Source of the DNA: a virus
Reading direction: 5' to 3' (one strand)
Virus record (IMG/VR): IMGVR_UViG_3300014204_007611
Length of the DNA stretch: 64,000 nucleotides
Below the pieces are notes generated by a model that did no database searches, was not told the origin of the DNA, and was given only the letters and a program-made list of their open reading frames with translations. The position numbers were made by a program, and so were the translations under genes. This document shows, one piece after another, positions 37,727 to 47,156 of this stretch (within the stretch, counting starts at the first letter, position 1; every line of letters starts with the position of its first letter).

Positions 37727-38371
37727 ATGGCGAAATACTGCGACACACAAATACTAGAACGAAATTGGTTCGAATGGCTCGTTTCTAGTAATACCCCAAG
37801 CATTGAACAACTGCGCGTCAAAGGTGTGCTTTGGACTCTCATAATAGGTATGCTACCGGATAGTGAAATACAGGACCCTTGTTGTGAAACGCGACTGCAT
37901 TATATCATTCCTGGGAACATCCATTTTTGTACTATGGGCGATAAGATTACTTGGATGTTGCCAAGTAATCTTACCATAGAGCAAGCAAAAGAACAAGGAT
38001 ATTATTGCGAACAGTCGACGACCGCAAGTTGGCAAGCCATGCTGCAGGACATCGCGAAGATGTGCCAAGGCGTAGCTAGCAAATTCAACCAGCAATCTGC
38101 AGAAGAGACAAACAACCTTGCCAGCGATGCACTCGTTCAAGTCATTAGCAAAATTGCTCGTGGCAAGCTCAAGTACACTCCGGGAAGGGCTCCCGTTTTC
38201 AATCTGTTGACTACAACAATCCATCGTTGTATCTATAGTATTCTCAGTAAGGACACTAGGCAGAGAAAGAATTTCACTGCCTTTGCCGATAACCTCGTGA
38301 TTGAAGATACCGGCGCGGTGCGAGCCTATAGTAGAACACGCCTTGGCTCTCGTGTCAAGATCGATCGCTAA
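37727..38371 (+). CDS. Late-transcription sigma factor, T4 gp55-like
   Basis: The central block ALVQVISKIARGKLKYTPGRAPVFNLLTTTIHRCIYSILSKDTRQRKN aligns by pattern with the T4 gp55 core ([37 protein letters not shown]); this similarity is from memory and was not searched. Confidence 0.45.
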   Translation: MAKYCDTQILERNWFEWLVSSNTPSIEQLRVKGVLWTLIIGMLPDSEIQDPCCETRLHYIIPGNIHFCTMGDKITWMLPSNLTIEQAKEQGYYCEQSTTASWQAMLQDIAKMCQGVASKFNQQSAEETNNLASDALVQVISKIARGKLKYTPGRAPVFNLLTTTIHRCIYSILSKDTRQRKNFTAFADNLVIEDTGAVRAYSRTRLGSRVKIDR

Positions 38372-38406
38372 AATTCTTTTCGGTCGTTGTCGGAAAATAT
38401 TATCTT

Positions 38407-39354
38407 ATGATTTTAAATTTAAGAGTCCGACCGATTAGCAATAACGTCAAGCGTGAAATTGTGCTTCCCAAGGCCGCTAGGCCAGTCATGCGACCGCAGC
38501 AATCTGTGACGAAGGCATTGCGGGCTGTTATGAGGCCGCAGCCAATTGCAGTAGCACAGCCAATTCAACAGCCAAATCGACGGCCGCCTGTAATGCCTAA
38601 GAGGGGTGTGGCAGCAAAACAAGCGCCAGGGAAAGTCAATAAGCCGACAACTAAGGTCATCACACGTGACCCGCCTGAGGCGAGCACCAGAAAATTACGC
38701 GAGCTACACAATTCATGCATAGGACGAGTGCTGGCGATTATCGCCAATGGTCCTAGTGTGCTAGAAGTCGACACAACAAGATTGCTCCTAAATCCACGTG
38801 TTGATATTATGTCGATAAACAAGCCAGACACACGCATCTGGCCAACCAAGTATTGGCTATTCTGTGATATTTCGCAATTAAAGCGACATAATGATTTATG
38901 GTCGAGATATAATGGACTCATATTCAACTCGACGATGATTCAAGAGGTACGACCAGGCACAATATTTATCAAGAATATTCCTGGCTTTGGATTTAGCACC
39001 GATTTGGCGAGCGGTTTTCACATTGGGAGATCGAGTGTTTATGCAGCTATGCAGGTAGCGTTATGGCTTGGATATGATAAGATATATATTTTCGGTATTG
39101 ATATGGGGGCGGTGACAGTCGATGGTAAGGAGATGTTGCATTTCTATGGAGTCAACCAAGATTGCACACCTGACAGCCGAAAAAAGAGATTCACTGAAGA
39201 AGCGAAATATTATGATGATGCGAGTAGATCACTACCGCCAGAAACAAGAAAGAAATTCTACTTCTGTAGCTCATATAACAAATTCGATTTCGTAAACAGA
39301 TTCAACAAATTAGACCATCACGAAGCCATAGATATAGTTTGCAATGATGTGTAG
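38407..39354 (+). CDS. DUF115/Maf-like putative glycosyltransferase with a Pro-rich repeated N-terminus
   Basis: LAIIANGPSVLEV...IMSINKPD...IFGIDMG. The N-terminus has RPVMRPQ / RAVMRPQ repeats. Confidence 0.5.
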   Translation: MILNLRVRPISNNVKREIVLPKAARPVMRPQQSVTKALRAVMRPQPIAVAQPIQQPNRRPPVMPKRGVAAKQAPGKVNKPTTKVITRDPPEASTRKLRELHNSCIGRVLAIIANGPSVLEVDTTRLLLNPRVDIMSINKPDTRIWPTKYWLFCDISQLKRHNDLWSRYNGLIFNSTMIQEVRPGTIFIKNIPGFGFSTDLASGFHIGRSSVYAAMQVALWLGYDKIYIFGIDMGAVTVDGKEMLHFYGVNQDCTPDSRKKRFTEEAKYYDDASRSLPPETRKKFYFCSSYNKFDFVNRFNKLDHHEAIDIVCNDV

Positions 39355-39361
39355 ATAACTT

Positions 39362-39991
39362 ATGCTAACCCAAGCAATCACATGCCCGTACTGCAGTTCA
39401 GAGTTTTCAGCAGCTGTATGGGTTGACGGCAAATGCGAGAAATGCGGTGGGAATTATTATTGGTCGATGGAATCCAATACCAGTCTCACCGATAGCTGGC
39501 ATGTTATCTCTTGGGATAGAGATAGATCGATCTATGTTGCCACAACGTTGGCAAATTGGAAACGGGCCAGAGCATTTATTGACTTCTTCAAGAGTCTAAA
39601 AATCCCGATAGCGTTCGATTGGACGATATGGGGAGAAGAAATCGCTGCTGGTAAAACGCCGAGAGATATCGACCCCGATTCATTGCAACAGAAGGCGTTG
39701 CGTGAATATGATGGTGTATCGACAGCATCATATGTCCTCGTAATAGTACCTACTGGTCGCGGCACGAATTTCGAATACGGCGTTGCCTTCCAACGACTTA
39801 ATGACGTCAATCCACCAGCTATTACGATTTTGGACGAAACAGAACCAATAGAACCTGTAAGTTTTCATTATTTGCCTGGTGTCAATAGAGTGAAACACGT
39901 TAGGAATGCTATAAAAGATATTCTGAAACACTTTGATATCGACATCAAAGATACAAATGTCGATTTAATCGCCTGCGGTTTAGGGAGATAA
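39362..39991 (+). CDS. Zinc-ribbon plus nucleoside 2-deoxyribosyltransferase-like (PF05014-type Rossmann) protein
   Basis: N-terminal CPYC...CEKC. VLVIVPTGRGTNFEYGVAF resembles the GT.fE.GyA motif of the deoxyribosyltransferase/DNPH1 family. Confidence 0.35.
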   Translation: MLTQAITCPYCSSEFSAAVWVDGKCEKCGGNYYWSMESNTSLTDSWHVISWDRDRSIYVATTLANWKRARAFIDFFKSLKIPIAFDWTIWGEEIAAGKTPRDIDPDSLQQKALREYDGVSTASYVLVIVPTGRGTNFEYGVAFQRLNDVNPPAITILDETEPIEPVSFHYLPGVNRVKHVRNAIKDILKHFDIDIKDTNVDLIACGLGR

Positions 39992-39993
39992 CA

Positions 39994-40185
39994 ATGCTTG
40001 ACCAGAACAAAATGCCATCGAAGCCGGTAGTGCCGGAAGGTACGAAGCAGCAGAAGACATTTGCTGGTCCTCATGGTGGCGGTACCGCTTACAACCAATT
40101 GGCGGTTGGCACTAACTTCGCTGTCCATAATCCAATTCCGGGACATACCCAGAAGCAGAACGTTGAAATCAAGAAGCCGAAGTGA
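39994..40185 (+). CDS. Hypothetical small protein
   Basis: 63-aa ORF in a tightly coupled array. Confidence 0.3.
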   Translation: MLDQNKMPSKPVVPEGTKQQKTFAGPHGGGTAYNQLAVGTNFAVHNPIPGHTQKQNVEIKKPK

Positions 40186-40367
40186 TGCCAGATGAGCTCT
40201 ATTTTGTGACGTGGTGCGATCCGGCCAAGTATAATATCGGACCGGAGCAGGAATATAAATGGTTCTCTGAATTAACTAATGCGGAAGCTTTCGCATACCG
40301 CAAAGAGAAAACAGACCATTGTGAACATGTTTTGGTAATCCACTACCAAAGAGTGCAGAGCAAATGA
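40182..40367 (+). CDS. Hypothetical small protein
   Basis: ATGA overlap with the upstream ORF. Confidence 0.3.
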   Translation: MMPDELYFVTWCDPAKYNIGPEQEYKWFSELTNAEAFAYRKEKTDHCEHVLVIHYQRVQSK

Positions 40368-40368
40368 T

Positions 40369-40722
40369 ATGGCGCTTGTCGATGAACTATTCGCTGTTCG
40401 CGATCAAATAGCAGCATCGGCGCAGGCAGTCTATGACGAATGGACCCAAGATGAAGAAGGGTTAGACGAGCAATATGGTGGTGGCGGTATTTGCGATGAA
40501 GTGCAGAGAGCCATGGCAGACGTGATATCAAATATTGAGTGCGAGCTAGAAGATGGTGGTTGGGAAGGCGACGATCACGCCAATCTAATCGTATCAAGAG
40601 ATAACGAACGATATCTTGTCGACATACCTGCACAGACTTACGAGTCTGGTGGCGGGATGAATTGGAGAAAGATACCCGATGTCGTTATTACTCCGAATGA
40701 CGTAATTATTGTTGCTATTTAA
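40369..40722 (+). CDS. Acidic hypothetical protein
   Basis: 117 aa, Asp/Glu-rich. Confidence 0.35.
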   Translation: MALVDELFAVRDQIAASAQAVYDEWTQDEEGLDEQYGGGGICDEVQRAMADVISNIECELEDGGWEGDDHANLIVSRDNERYLVDIPAQTYESGGGMNWRKIPDVVITPNDVIIVAI

Positions 40723-40736
40723 TATTTCTTATATCT

Positions 40737-41501
40737 GTGTTAGTACTGTTTTCTAGTAGTTGTTATGTATTTGAAAATAACAACATTCTAAAAACCGGAC
40801 ACAGAAAAATGCTATATTACATAAGCCAAAAACTCGAACTGGATATAATGCAGGCAAGTGAGCTGGGCGAGGCTATGGAACTTGCTCACGTTTACAAAAT
40901 GGGTGCGATAGTCGTTCACCCAGATCTTGTTGCCGACGCATCAATGCAGCGTGTCAAAAGGCAGGCATCATATAAAATCCTGACCACAGTCGACTGGCCA
41001 AAAGGCGACAAAACTGGGGTCAGCAAATTCCACACGATGTCAATTCATTCTTTGTCATGTGACGGTTTCGAGATTGCACTTGGAACTAAATCGCCTGGCG
41101 AGACAAAAGCAGAGACGCTGGCGATTACTGCGTTTATCAGACAGCATCTCCCGCGAGTACAGGAGATCAGATTTGTTCTTGGTTGCCTATCTAGAGAACA
41201 ATCCGATATCAACAATCTATGTATGGCGATCAAAGAGATACCGGCTCCGAATTTATTGCGCACTGATATCAATCTGCGATGTGCTCAAGCAAAGGCCAAT
41301 ATATCTGCACATAATGTATCTTTAGCAGCAATACAAGCGTGTATCAACAGGCCAATTAAGCTGTGCGGTAACATCAACTCCGCAAAAATTATAGCCTCAT
41401 GTAAGGCACATAGATATGGTGTCAGTCTCAAGCAAGCCCAAACAATCATTAAGGAGCTTCGAGACAACCCTTTAAAGATCGAAAAGATCTTTAAGAGTTA
41501 G
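40737..41501 (+). CDS. Hypothetical protein (possible TIM-barrel enzyme)
   Basis: 254-aa ORF; an alternative ATG lies at 40809. The weak resemblance to a DeoC-type aldolase is not convincing. Confidence 0.35.
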   Translation: MLVLFSSSCYVFENNNILKTGHRKMLYYISQKLELDIMQASELGEAMELAHVYKMGAIVVHPDLVADASMQRVKRQASYKILTTVDWPKGDKTGVSKFHTMSIHSLSCDGFEIALGTKSPGETKAETLAITAFIRQHLPRVQEIRFVLGCLSREQSDINNLCMAIKEIPAPNLLRTDINLRCAQAKANISAHNVSLAAIQACINRPIKLCGNINSAKIIASCKAHRYGVSLKQAQTIIKELRDNPLKIEKIFKS

Positions 41502-41513
41502 AAAGGTCATCAA

Positions 41514-41717
41514 ATGACCGCTAGCGCCATCAAAATTGGGATGTTGGTGCGCATTTATAACCAAGAGCATATCTGGCACAATGAAATAGGAATTGTTCGC
41601 GTGGTTGGGCCTATATTTAGCAGGATCGAGCTACTAGGAAAACTAACACATATACCCAATCATTGGTTAGTGGAGGTTGATGAAGGGCAACCAAACGTCA
41701 AGGGGAACATAAAATGA
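41514..41717 (+). CDS. Hypothetical small protein
   Basis: 67-aa ORF with an ATGA junction to the next gene. Confidence 0.3.
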   Translation: MTASAIKIGMLVRIYNQEHIWHNEIGIVRVVGPIFSRIELLGKLTHIPNHWLVEVDEGQPNVKGNIK

Positions 41718-42055
41718 TAGAATTCGACATCATTGATGAGCTTGGAGACAACGCCGAATTGCTGACAAAATCTGATCGATGGCTTGCGGTGCTGGAGGCT
41801 AAGCTTGGTCAGAGTCTGACAATTCTTTTACATGATCTCGAACAAGTCCAAACAGCGATCAGAATTAAGCAACGTCTGCAGCAGAATAATCGGGTAGCAG
41901 TTAAGCGATCTATAAATCGCGGTGGAATCTCAGATGAGGTAATCGAAATTTTGCCACTTCCTAGAGCAGTCAAGGTTGCTAATAAAACCAATCATAGCGA
42001 TCAGATAAATGTTTGGGCTGCTGATGGATATGACGTCCAAGCAGTACTGGTCTGA
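41714..42055 (+). CDS. Hypothetical protein
   Basis: 113-aa ORF. Confidence 0.3.
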   Translation: MIEFDIIDELGDNAELLTKSDRWLAVLEAKLGQSLTILLHDLEQVQTAIRIKQRLQQNNRVAVKRSINRGGISDEVIEILPLPRAVKVANKTNHSDQINVWAADGYDVQAVLV

Positions 42056-42096
42056 TCTATCGCATTCGCGCTGCTGCGTATGTATGTAAAGGTTGG

Positions 42097-43380
42097 ATGC
42101 CTTTCGACAAAATCAACGCAGAGGAATATATGTCAGCCAATTATCCAAATCGCAGAACTACCAAAACATATCCATTCACACCAGGCAAAAGTGGCGAGAT
42201 GGTGGTCGTGACGACCGACGGTGGCGCTGGATCATCAGGCAAGGGATCTCTTAATTCTTGGTTAGCTGACAAATACGATTTCCATCTAGCGACCAACAAT
42301 TGGATGACGAACGCTGGCCATTATACGGAACTTGACGACGGCACACGGATACTGGTCCAGCACATTCCGTCAGCATTCATCAACAAGAACACGCGACTCT
42401 ACATCAACGCCGGTGCTGCGATCGATCTGAAAACGTTGTTCAGCGAAGTAGCAAACCTCGAATCGCTCGGCTTCCAGATTCGCGAAAGATTGATCATCCA
42501 TCCGCTAGCCAACGTAATAACTGAAGAGAACAAGCAATATGAGCGTGAAACCATCAAGACTGGTAGCACGTTCAAGGGATGTGGTGCGGCTATCGCAGCA
42601 AAGGCTATGCGACTACCACAGCAAAAACTGGCGAGAGACTACGAGGAACTCCGCGAGTTCTGCACAATCGCCGATTTAACGATGGAGTTGAATCACGGCA
42701 TAGCCAAATATGGCATGCGAGTTCTTGTTGAAGGTTCGCAAGGCGTCGATCTTGACCTCAACTTCGCCGAATACCCATATTGCACCTCGCGGCAAACGCA
42801 CCCGACACAACTTGTAGCAGATGCTGGTCTTCCTGGTAGAGCAATCACAAATGTCGTCATCAATTTACGCACCAATCCGATACGCATTAGCAACGAGTCG
42901 GCTGCAACCGGTGAGCAATGCTACACCGGCAATTACTGGGAAGCAAGAGAAATCGGGTGGGAAGCTGTAGCGAAGCAGGCCGGATATGATAACTTCGATG
43001 AGTTCGTCGAAGAATACAGATATGCAATGATGACGTCCGTCACCAAGAAGGTCAGACGCATCTTCGAATTCCCGACCGAAAGGGCGAAATATGTGAACGC
43101 TCTGGCTGGCGGTCTGCTCAGAGACGGCCGCGTTCTCTATAGCCTCAACTTCATCAATTTCGTTGACAGAACCGTCAAAGGCAAGACGACATACGAAGAA
43201 GTCTTCACGCCAAAGGTTGTTAATTGGTTGCGGATGCATTTGCAGCCGGTGCTCGAAAATAATGGCACGTATGTTGCCAGTGTGAACGAAAGCTGCGATG
43301 ACTTGTCTGATATGTCGCAATTCTTCGGATTGCATTGGGTCAGAACTGGACCGAAGCACAGCCAAATAGTCGAGTTATGA
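42097..43380 (+). CDS. Adenylosuccinate synthetase (PurA) family enzyme; a divergent phage homolog that could be PurZ-like
   Basis: The protein is colinear with E. coli PurA: a GAGSSGKGS P-loop where PurA has GDEGKGK (the catalytic Asp is replaced by Ser), TNAGHY for GHNAGH, TIKTGSTFKGCGAAIA for IGTTGRGIGPAYE, VEGSQGVDLDLNFAEYPYCTS for [21 protein letters not shown], and KKVRRIFEF for GRRRRTGWLD. Confidence 0.65.
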   Translation: MPFDKINAEEYMSANYPNRRTTKTYPFTPGKSGEMVVVTTDGGAGSSGKGSLNSWLADKYDFHLATNNWMTNAGHYTELDDGTRILVQHIPSAFINKNTRLYINAGAAIDLKTLFSEVANLESLGFQIRERLIIHPLANVITEENKQYERETIKTGSTFKGCGAAIAAKAMRLPQQKLARDYEELREFCTIADLTMELNHGIAKYGMRVLVEGSQGVDLDLNFAEYPYCTSRQTHPTQLVADAGLPGRAITNVVINLRTNPIRISNESAATGEQCYTGNYWEAREIGWEAVAKQAGYDNFDEFVEEYRYAMMTSVTKKVRRIFEFPTERAKYVNALAGGLLRDGRVLYSLNFINFVDRTVKGKTTYEEVFTPKVVNWLRMHLQPVLENNGTYVASVNESCDDLSDMSQFFGLHWVRTGPKHSQIVEL

Positions 43381-44186
43381 ACGTAAAGCTGGCAGTTTAT
43401 ACTGATGAAGTATTCGACGACCCTGATAAGGCTTGTGAGCTATTAGCCACAAAGAAGATCACTGGTGTTTGCTTACGCCGTGGCTGGTGTCGAGAAATCT
43501 ACAATATGCCAGATAATGCCATCAGTATTCTAGGTGGCATACTGTCGAAGCACGGCTTATTGCCAGTTCTTTTGCATACTGAAATCGGTTGTGTCAATCC
43601 GAGTCAATTGGCTGCAGAAGAACCAAAACTTGTTAGAGCGATGCAGATATGCAAATACTTGAAATGTAAAGCCGTTCGAATTGGCATCGGAACGATGTCG
43701 GCGAAGGATGATAGCGAATCGATCCAGAAGTGGTTAACTACTATTTCTGGGCTCAGTATATCGTACGATGTTCAGTTGTTATTCGAGCCAGAGACAAATT
43801 CTTATTATAATCAAGCAGCGGCAATAGCTATATTACTGAACAAGTTTAGACGTTTAAATCTGCTATTCGACCCGGCGATGTTAGTGATGCGTACCAAAAA
43901 CAACCCTTTTGTAAAGTTTTGGTCGCTGTTGAAATCGCGAATCACGTTCGTCGACATCCACGATTTCAAAACCGGCGATGCAGCTAAACCAGCTGGGTTT
44001 GGCGATGCGCAGTTAGATGTTTTGGTAGCTGACGCTTTAGCATCAAACTTCTCTGGTTGGTTTTGTTTAGAGCCGGGCCTTGGAAGGCGATATGGTGATG
44101 CGACAACCAAAGATCAAACATTCTTACGTGCTTTCGACGCATTCGAGGCATTACTTCAAAGAATACAATTACCAAAAATACTTTGA
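43377..44186 (+). CDS. Xylose-isomerase-like TIM-barrel (sugar phosphate isomerase/epimerase family) protein
   Basis: 270 aa. ATGA overlap with the PurA-like stop. The fold assignment is by pattern only. Confidence 0.4.
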   Translation: MNVKLAVYTDEVFDDPDKACELLATKKITGVCLRRGWCREIYNMPDNAISILGGILSKHGLLPVLLHTEIGCVNPSQLAAEEPKLVRAMQICKYLKCKAVRIGIGTMSAKDDSESIQKWLTTISGLSISYDVQLLFEPETNSYYNQAAAIAILLNKFRRLNLLFDPAMLVMRTKNNPFVKFWSLLKSRITFVDIHDFKTGDAAKPAGFGDAQLDVLVADALASNFSGWFCLEPGLGRRYGDATTKDQTFLRAFDAFEALLQRIQLPKIL

Positions 44187-44205
44187 AGCTGGGAGAAATA
44201 AAACA

Positions 44206-44421
44206 ATGGCCATCAACATTTCAGAAGCTCTCGTTCAGATGCGTAAAGCCGGTCCAAAGGGTATCAGGACGATGCCTATGCCTGGGCAGGATATCAATTC
44301 AGGTGCATACAAAATCGAAATTTCACGCGGCGGGATGTGGGAATGCATACTTGAAGGATTGCCGAGAGCAACAGCCGAAAGCTTGATTAGTCAGGCAACG
44401 AGCAGGGTGATAATGGAGTAG
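44206..44421 (+). CDS. Hypothetical small protein
   Basis: ATG at 44206 preceded by GGAGA; the track's longer ORF starts inside the previous gene. Confidence 0.35.
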   Translation: MAINISEALVQMRKAGPKGIRTMPMPGQDINSGAYKIEISRGGMWECILEGLPRATAESLISQATSRVIME

Positions 44422-44436
44422 CGGCGTGTTTTTACT

Positions 44437-44811
44437 ATGACCAGCTTATTAGATACGAGATTGGTTTGGCTACGCGAAAAGCTGGCCAAGAATACGAATA
44501 TTCCAAACTGCGTAGCTGAACTAATTGGCGTCTACGACCCAATATCTAGAGTTATAACGATATCACTAGTTTTAACTATCGATGGTACCGAGTATAGAGT
44601 TATCAGGTGCCATAAGCCTGTCGTACTGCGGCAGACAAACGATGAGATAACAGAGCTGCGCAATCTACATCGTAATATGATTGCTCATATGGCAAAGACA
44701 TATGGCGATGTTGAATGGCCAGTCATAGTTAATAAATTCTTGAAGTGGTCTACGAACCCGACACATCGGGCTGTGATGCGACGGTGGGTTCCTGAGGCGT
44801 GTCGATCATAA
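44437..44811 (+). CDS. Hypothetical protein
   Basis: 124-aa ORF. Confidence 0.35.
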   Translation: MTSLLDTRLVWLREKLAKNTNIPNCVAELIGVYDPISRVITISLVLTIDGTEYRVIRCHKPVVLRQTNDEITELRNLHRNMIAHMAKTYGDVEWPVIVNKFLKWSTNPTHRAVMRRWVPEACRS

Positions 44812-45451
44812 TTCCGAAGAACTTGTGACCATCATCGCCTCTATTGTAGCTGCAATGATAGACCTCTCCAAATTTGGCACCAGTCTCCACAGCTTTATGT
44901 CTGGTGGGTGCTTTTATCCCTAACCACAACCTGCAGGTAACAAGCCCTAACGGGTCGAGTTTGCCATCTTCTAGGTTGATGCTCACATTCGATTTTAGTT
45001 CGACGCTTACCTCGAAGAAGCCATGCTCTTTGCATTTCCGATACCAGAATAGACTACCTGCGTCTTCGTAGCCATCTTTTTCGAACTCGCTCGCCCGCCC
45101 TTTTTTGGCGACATATTTCGAACCGCACTGACTGCACCATACGTTCTGGTGTGTCATATACGATTTACACCTATCGCAAATGTAGTAGGTGTATATTTCT
45201 TCGTTTCTCGAATTGGGACGATAGAACGCCACCGCCACTAACTGTTTTTTCCTTTCTTGCGACAATCCTCGCTCTTCGCCAGAGTCATATGCACTGGCGA
45301 CACGCCCGTATTTTGAACAAAGATCTGTCGCCTCTTCTTTGGACGTCGCTGTCACAGCCAGCTCGACCATAAAAGTGCCTCTCAAACCCAACGACTCTAT
45401 ATTAGCGTCCTTCAGACGAACGACGACAGTATATTCAGTATATTGAGACAT
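44750..45451 (-). CDS. Hypothetical protein with a zinc-ribbon
   Basis: 233-aa ORF; CDRCKSY...CSQCGSKY Cys pairs. Confidence 0.4.
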   Translation of the reverse strand: MSQYTEYTVVVRLKDANIESLGLRGTFMVELAVTATSKEEATDLCSKYGRVASAYDSGEERGLSQERKKQLVAVAFYRPNSRNEEIYTYYICDRCKSYMTHQNVWCSQCGSKYVAKKGRASEFEKDGYEDAGSLFWYRKCKEHGFFEVSVELKSNVSINLEDGKLDPLGLVTCRLWLGIKAPTRHKAVETGAKFGEVYHCSYNRGDDGHKFFGIMIDTPQEPTVASQPDVSGS

Positions 45452-45534
45452 AGTTGCTCCTGTATTCTCTGTAGTTATAGCACGACAGACAGCTACAGTT
45501 AACTAGAATACAGGGCTTGGCTCAGTAGAGCATG

Positions 45535-45798
45535 TTACCACTTCTGAGCGTTCTTAGCAAAGACCGCTTGCTTCTTTGTCGCCTTTGAGGCTTTGCCACC
45601 CGGCTTCAAGACCTGATTGGCGTAGCCAGCGACACTCTTCCCAGCCTTATCTGCTTTAGCCGTGAATTTGCCCCTATTGGCCTTCTTGATAGTGCCAGTC
45701 TTCTTTTCTGACACTACTGGCACTTGATTAATGGTTATCTTCGGCTGTGCAGCAGCTCCGATAAATCCAGAGCCAAGTAAAACTGTTGGATGATTCAT
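45535..45798 (-). CDS. Lys-rich basic small protein, possibly DNA-binding
   Basis: 87 aa, rich in K and A (KATKKQAVFAKNAQKW). Confidence 0.35.
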   Translation of the reverse strand: MNHPTVLLGSGFIGAAAQPKITINQVPVVSEKKTGTIKKANRGKFTAKADKAGKSVAGYANQVLKPGGKASKATKKQAVFAKNAQKW

Positions 45799-45800
45799 AA

Positions 45801-46739
45801 TTAGACCTTCTGACCGGGTTTCAAAACAGGTTTGCCATACTGCCGCTTAAATTCGTCGAAGTCTGTTGGGTACGGTCTCGATGGCATTTTGTTGAATTGG
45901 ATTTTGAGCCCCATCCGCTTAGCCTTATTGCGTATTTTCTGGACCCAATATCCTGGGGTTTTATCTTTGTTCGCCAGTTTACTAGCGTCACGCATGCACT
46001 TATTGATGAACATAGCTATTTCATATTTCTGCGTGAGCGGTGTAGATGGTATTGGTGGTTGTTTGTTAGAATCTCTTAGCTTACGATCAACACTAATCGT
46101 ATCAATTTGTTGCGACAAGATTGAAATGGCAATTGTAGCAATCCTAGCATTATTGTTAGCGCGAATCATCTGTGCGCCTCTCATAACACGTTTCTTCGGG
46201 TCGAGCATATCAAGCCCAACCGAGATCTTGTCGAATATATCCTCAGAATATGCGTGCGTACGTCGTCTTTTCTTTGGCTTTGGTGCTTCGCTACCGAAAA
46301 GAATATTAAATAGCCTTTCGACTTTTTGATTATCTTGGCCAGTCCGCTGTGCATAATAAGCGGCAAGCCTGTCCTCTAAATCCTCCGTATCCCTATTAAT
46401 CATCGGCGTAACCTTCGCTTTGATTTTAGCGACGATTGCGGCACGCTCTCTAGGAGTTGTCTTGTTGCCGTGCTTCTTATCAACGGCAGCCGCCGCAGAT
46501 TGCCACCACTCATCTGCTTCTGGGGAGTCGTCGAGTAGGGATACTTCCAAGTCTCTGGCTGCGTTGATATAATTTTTCAAACCTAGTTGTTGCACCACTT
46601 TATCACGTGCAGCGATGTAGGTCTGGATTTTGGAGACGCTGGTAGCTATTAGGTCAGATAACAACCCCTCTATGATGAGGTACTGACGATCAAGTTCCAA
46701 TGATTCGTCGAGGCGGTTAATATTTTCCAATTTCATCAA
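45801..46739 (-). CDS. Hypothetical protein
   Basis: 312-aa ORF, same strand as the basic protein. Confidence 0.4.
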   Translation of the reverse strand: MMKLENINRLDESLELDRQYLIIEGLLSDLIATSVSKIQTYIAARDKVVQQLGLKNYINAARDLEVSLLDDSPEADEWWQSAAAAVDKKHGNKTTPRERAAIVAKIKAKVTPMINRDTEDLEDRLAAYYAQRTGQDNQKVERLFNILFGSEAPKPKKRRRTHAYSEDIFDKISVGLDMLDPKKRVMRGAQMIRANNNARIATIAISILSQQIDTISVDRKLRDSNKQPPIPSTPLTQKYEIAMFINKCMRDASKLANKDKTPGYWVQKIRNKAKRMGLKIQFNKMPSRPYPTDFDEFKRQYGKPVLKPGQKV

Positions 46740-47156
46740 ACACCTACCACTATATTAGGGAATGCTGCCATATACAAAGGTAATGGGTTGTCGCACAACC
46801 GTTTCTGTGATAAAATTTGGCAACGACGTATTTCATAATTATGGCATCGAGATTGCTCAAAGTTCCGTTCTTCGTTATTGCATACAGCGCGAAAAAGCTG
46901 TTTGCTATTGATGATTCTAAAGGCAGTAGTACGCTTCCGATTTTCACAGAGGCCGAAGCTGCAGAATTATACAGGAGGTATTTTGCAAGGAAGTTCAAGC
47001 TGAAGTTGCAAGTATTCGTTGTTGATAAGACGGAAAATGCCCTAAATCTGATCGAATGTGCAAGCCTAGCTTGCCCTTCCTTACAGAACGCGACCATCAA
47101 TCCATTCTTACCATCACCAAATATTACGCAACCGCCGTTAAGACCGATACAAAAGA

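Noticed and set aside
40737-41501. Deoxyribose-phosphate aldolase (DeoC) assignment
   Set aside because: Only a loose resemblance was found (ILTTVDWPKGDKT against IATVTNFPHGNDD), and I could not locate the Schiff-base lysine motif, so the gene is left as hypothetical.
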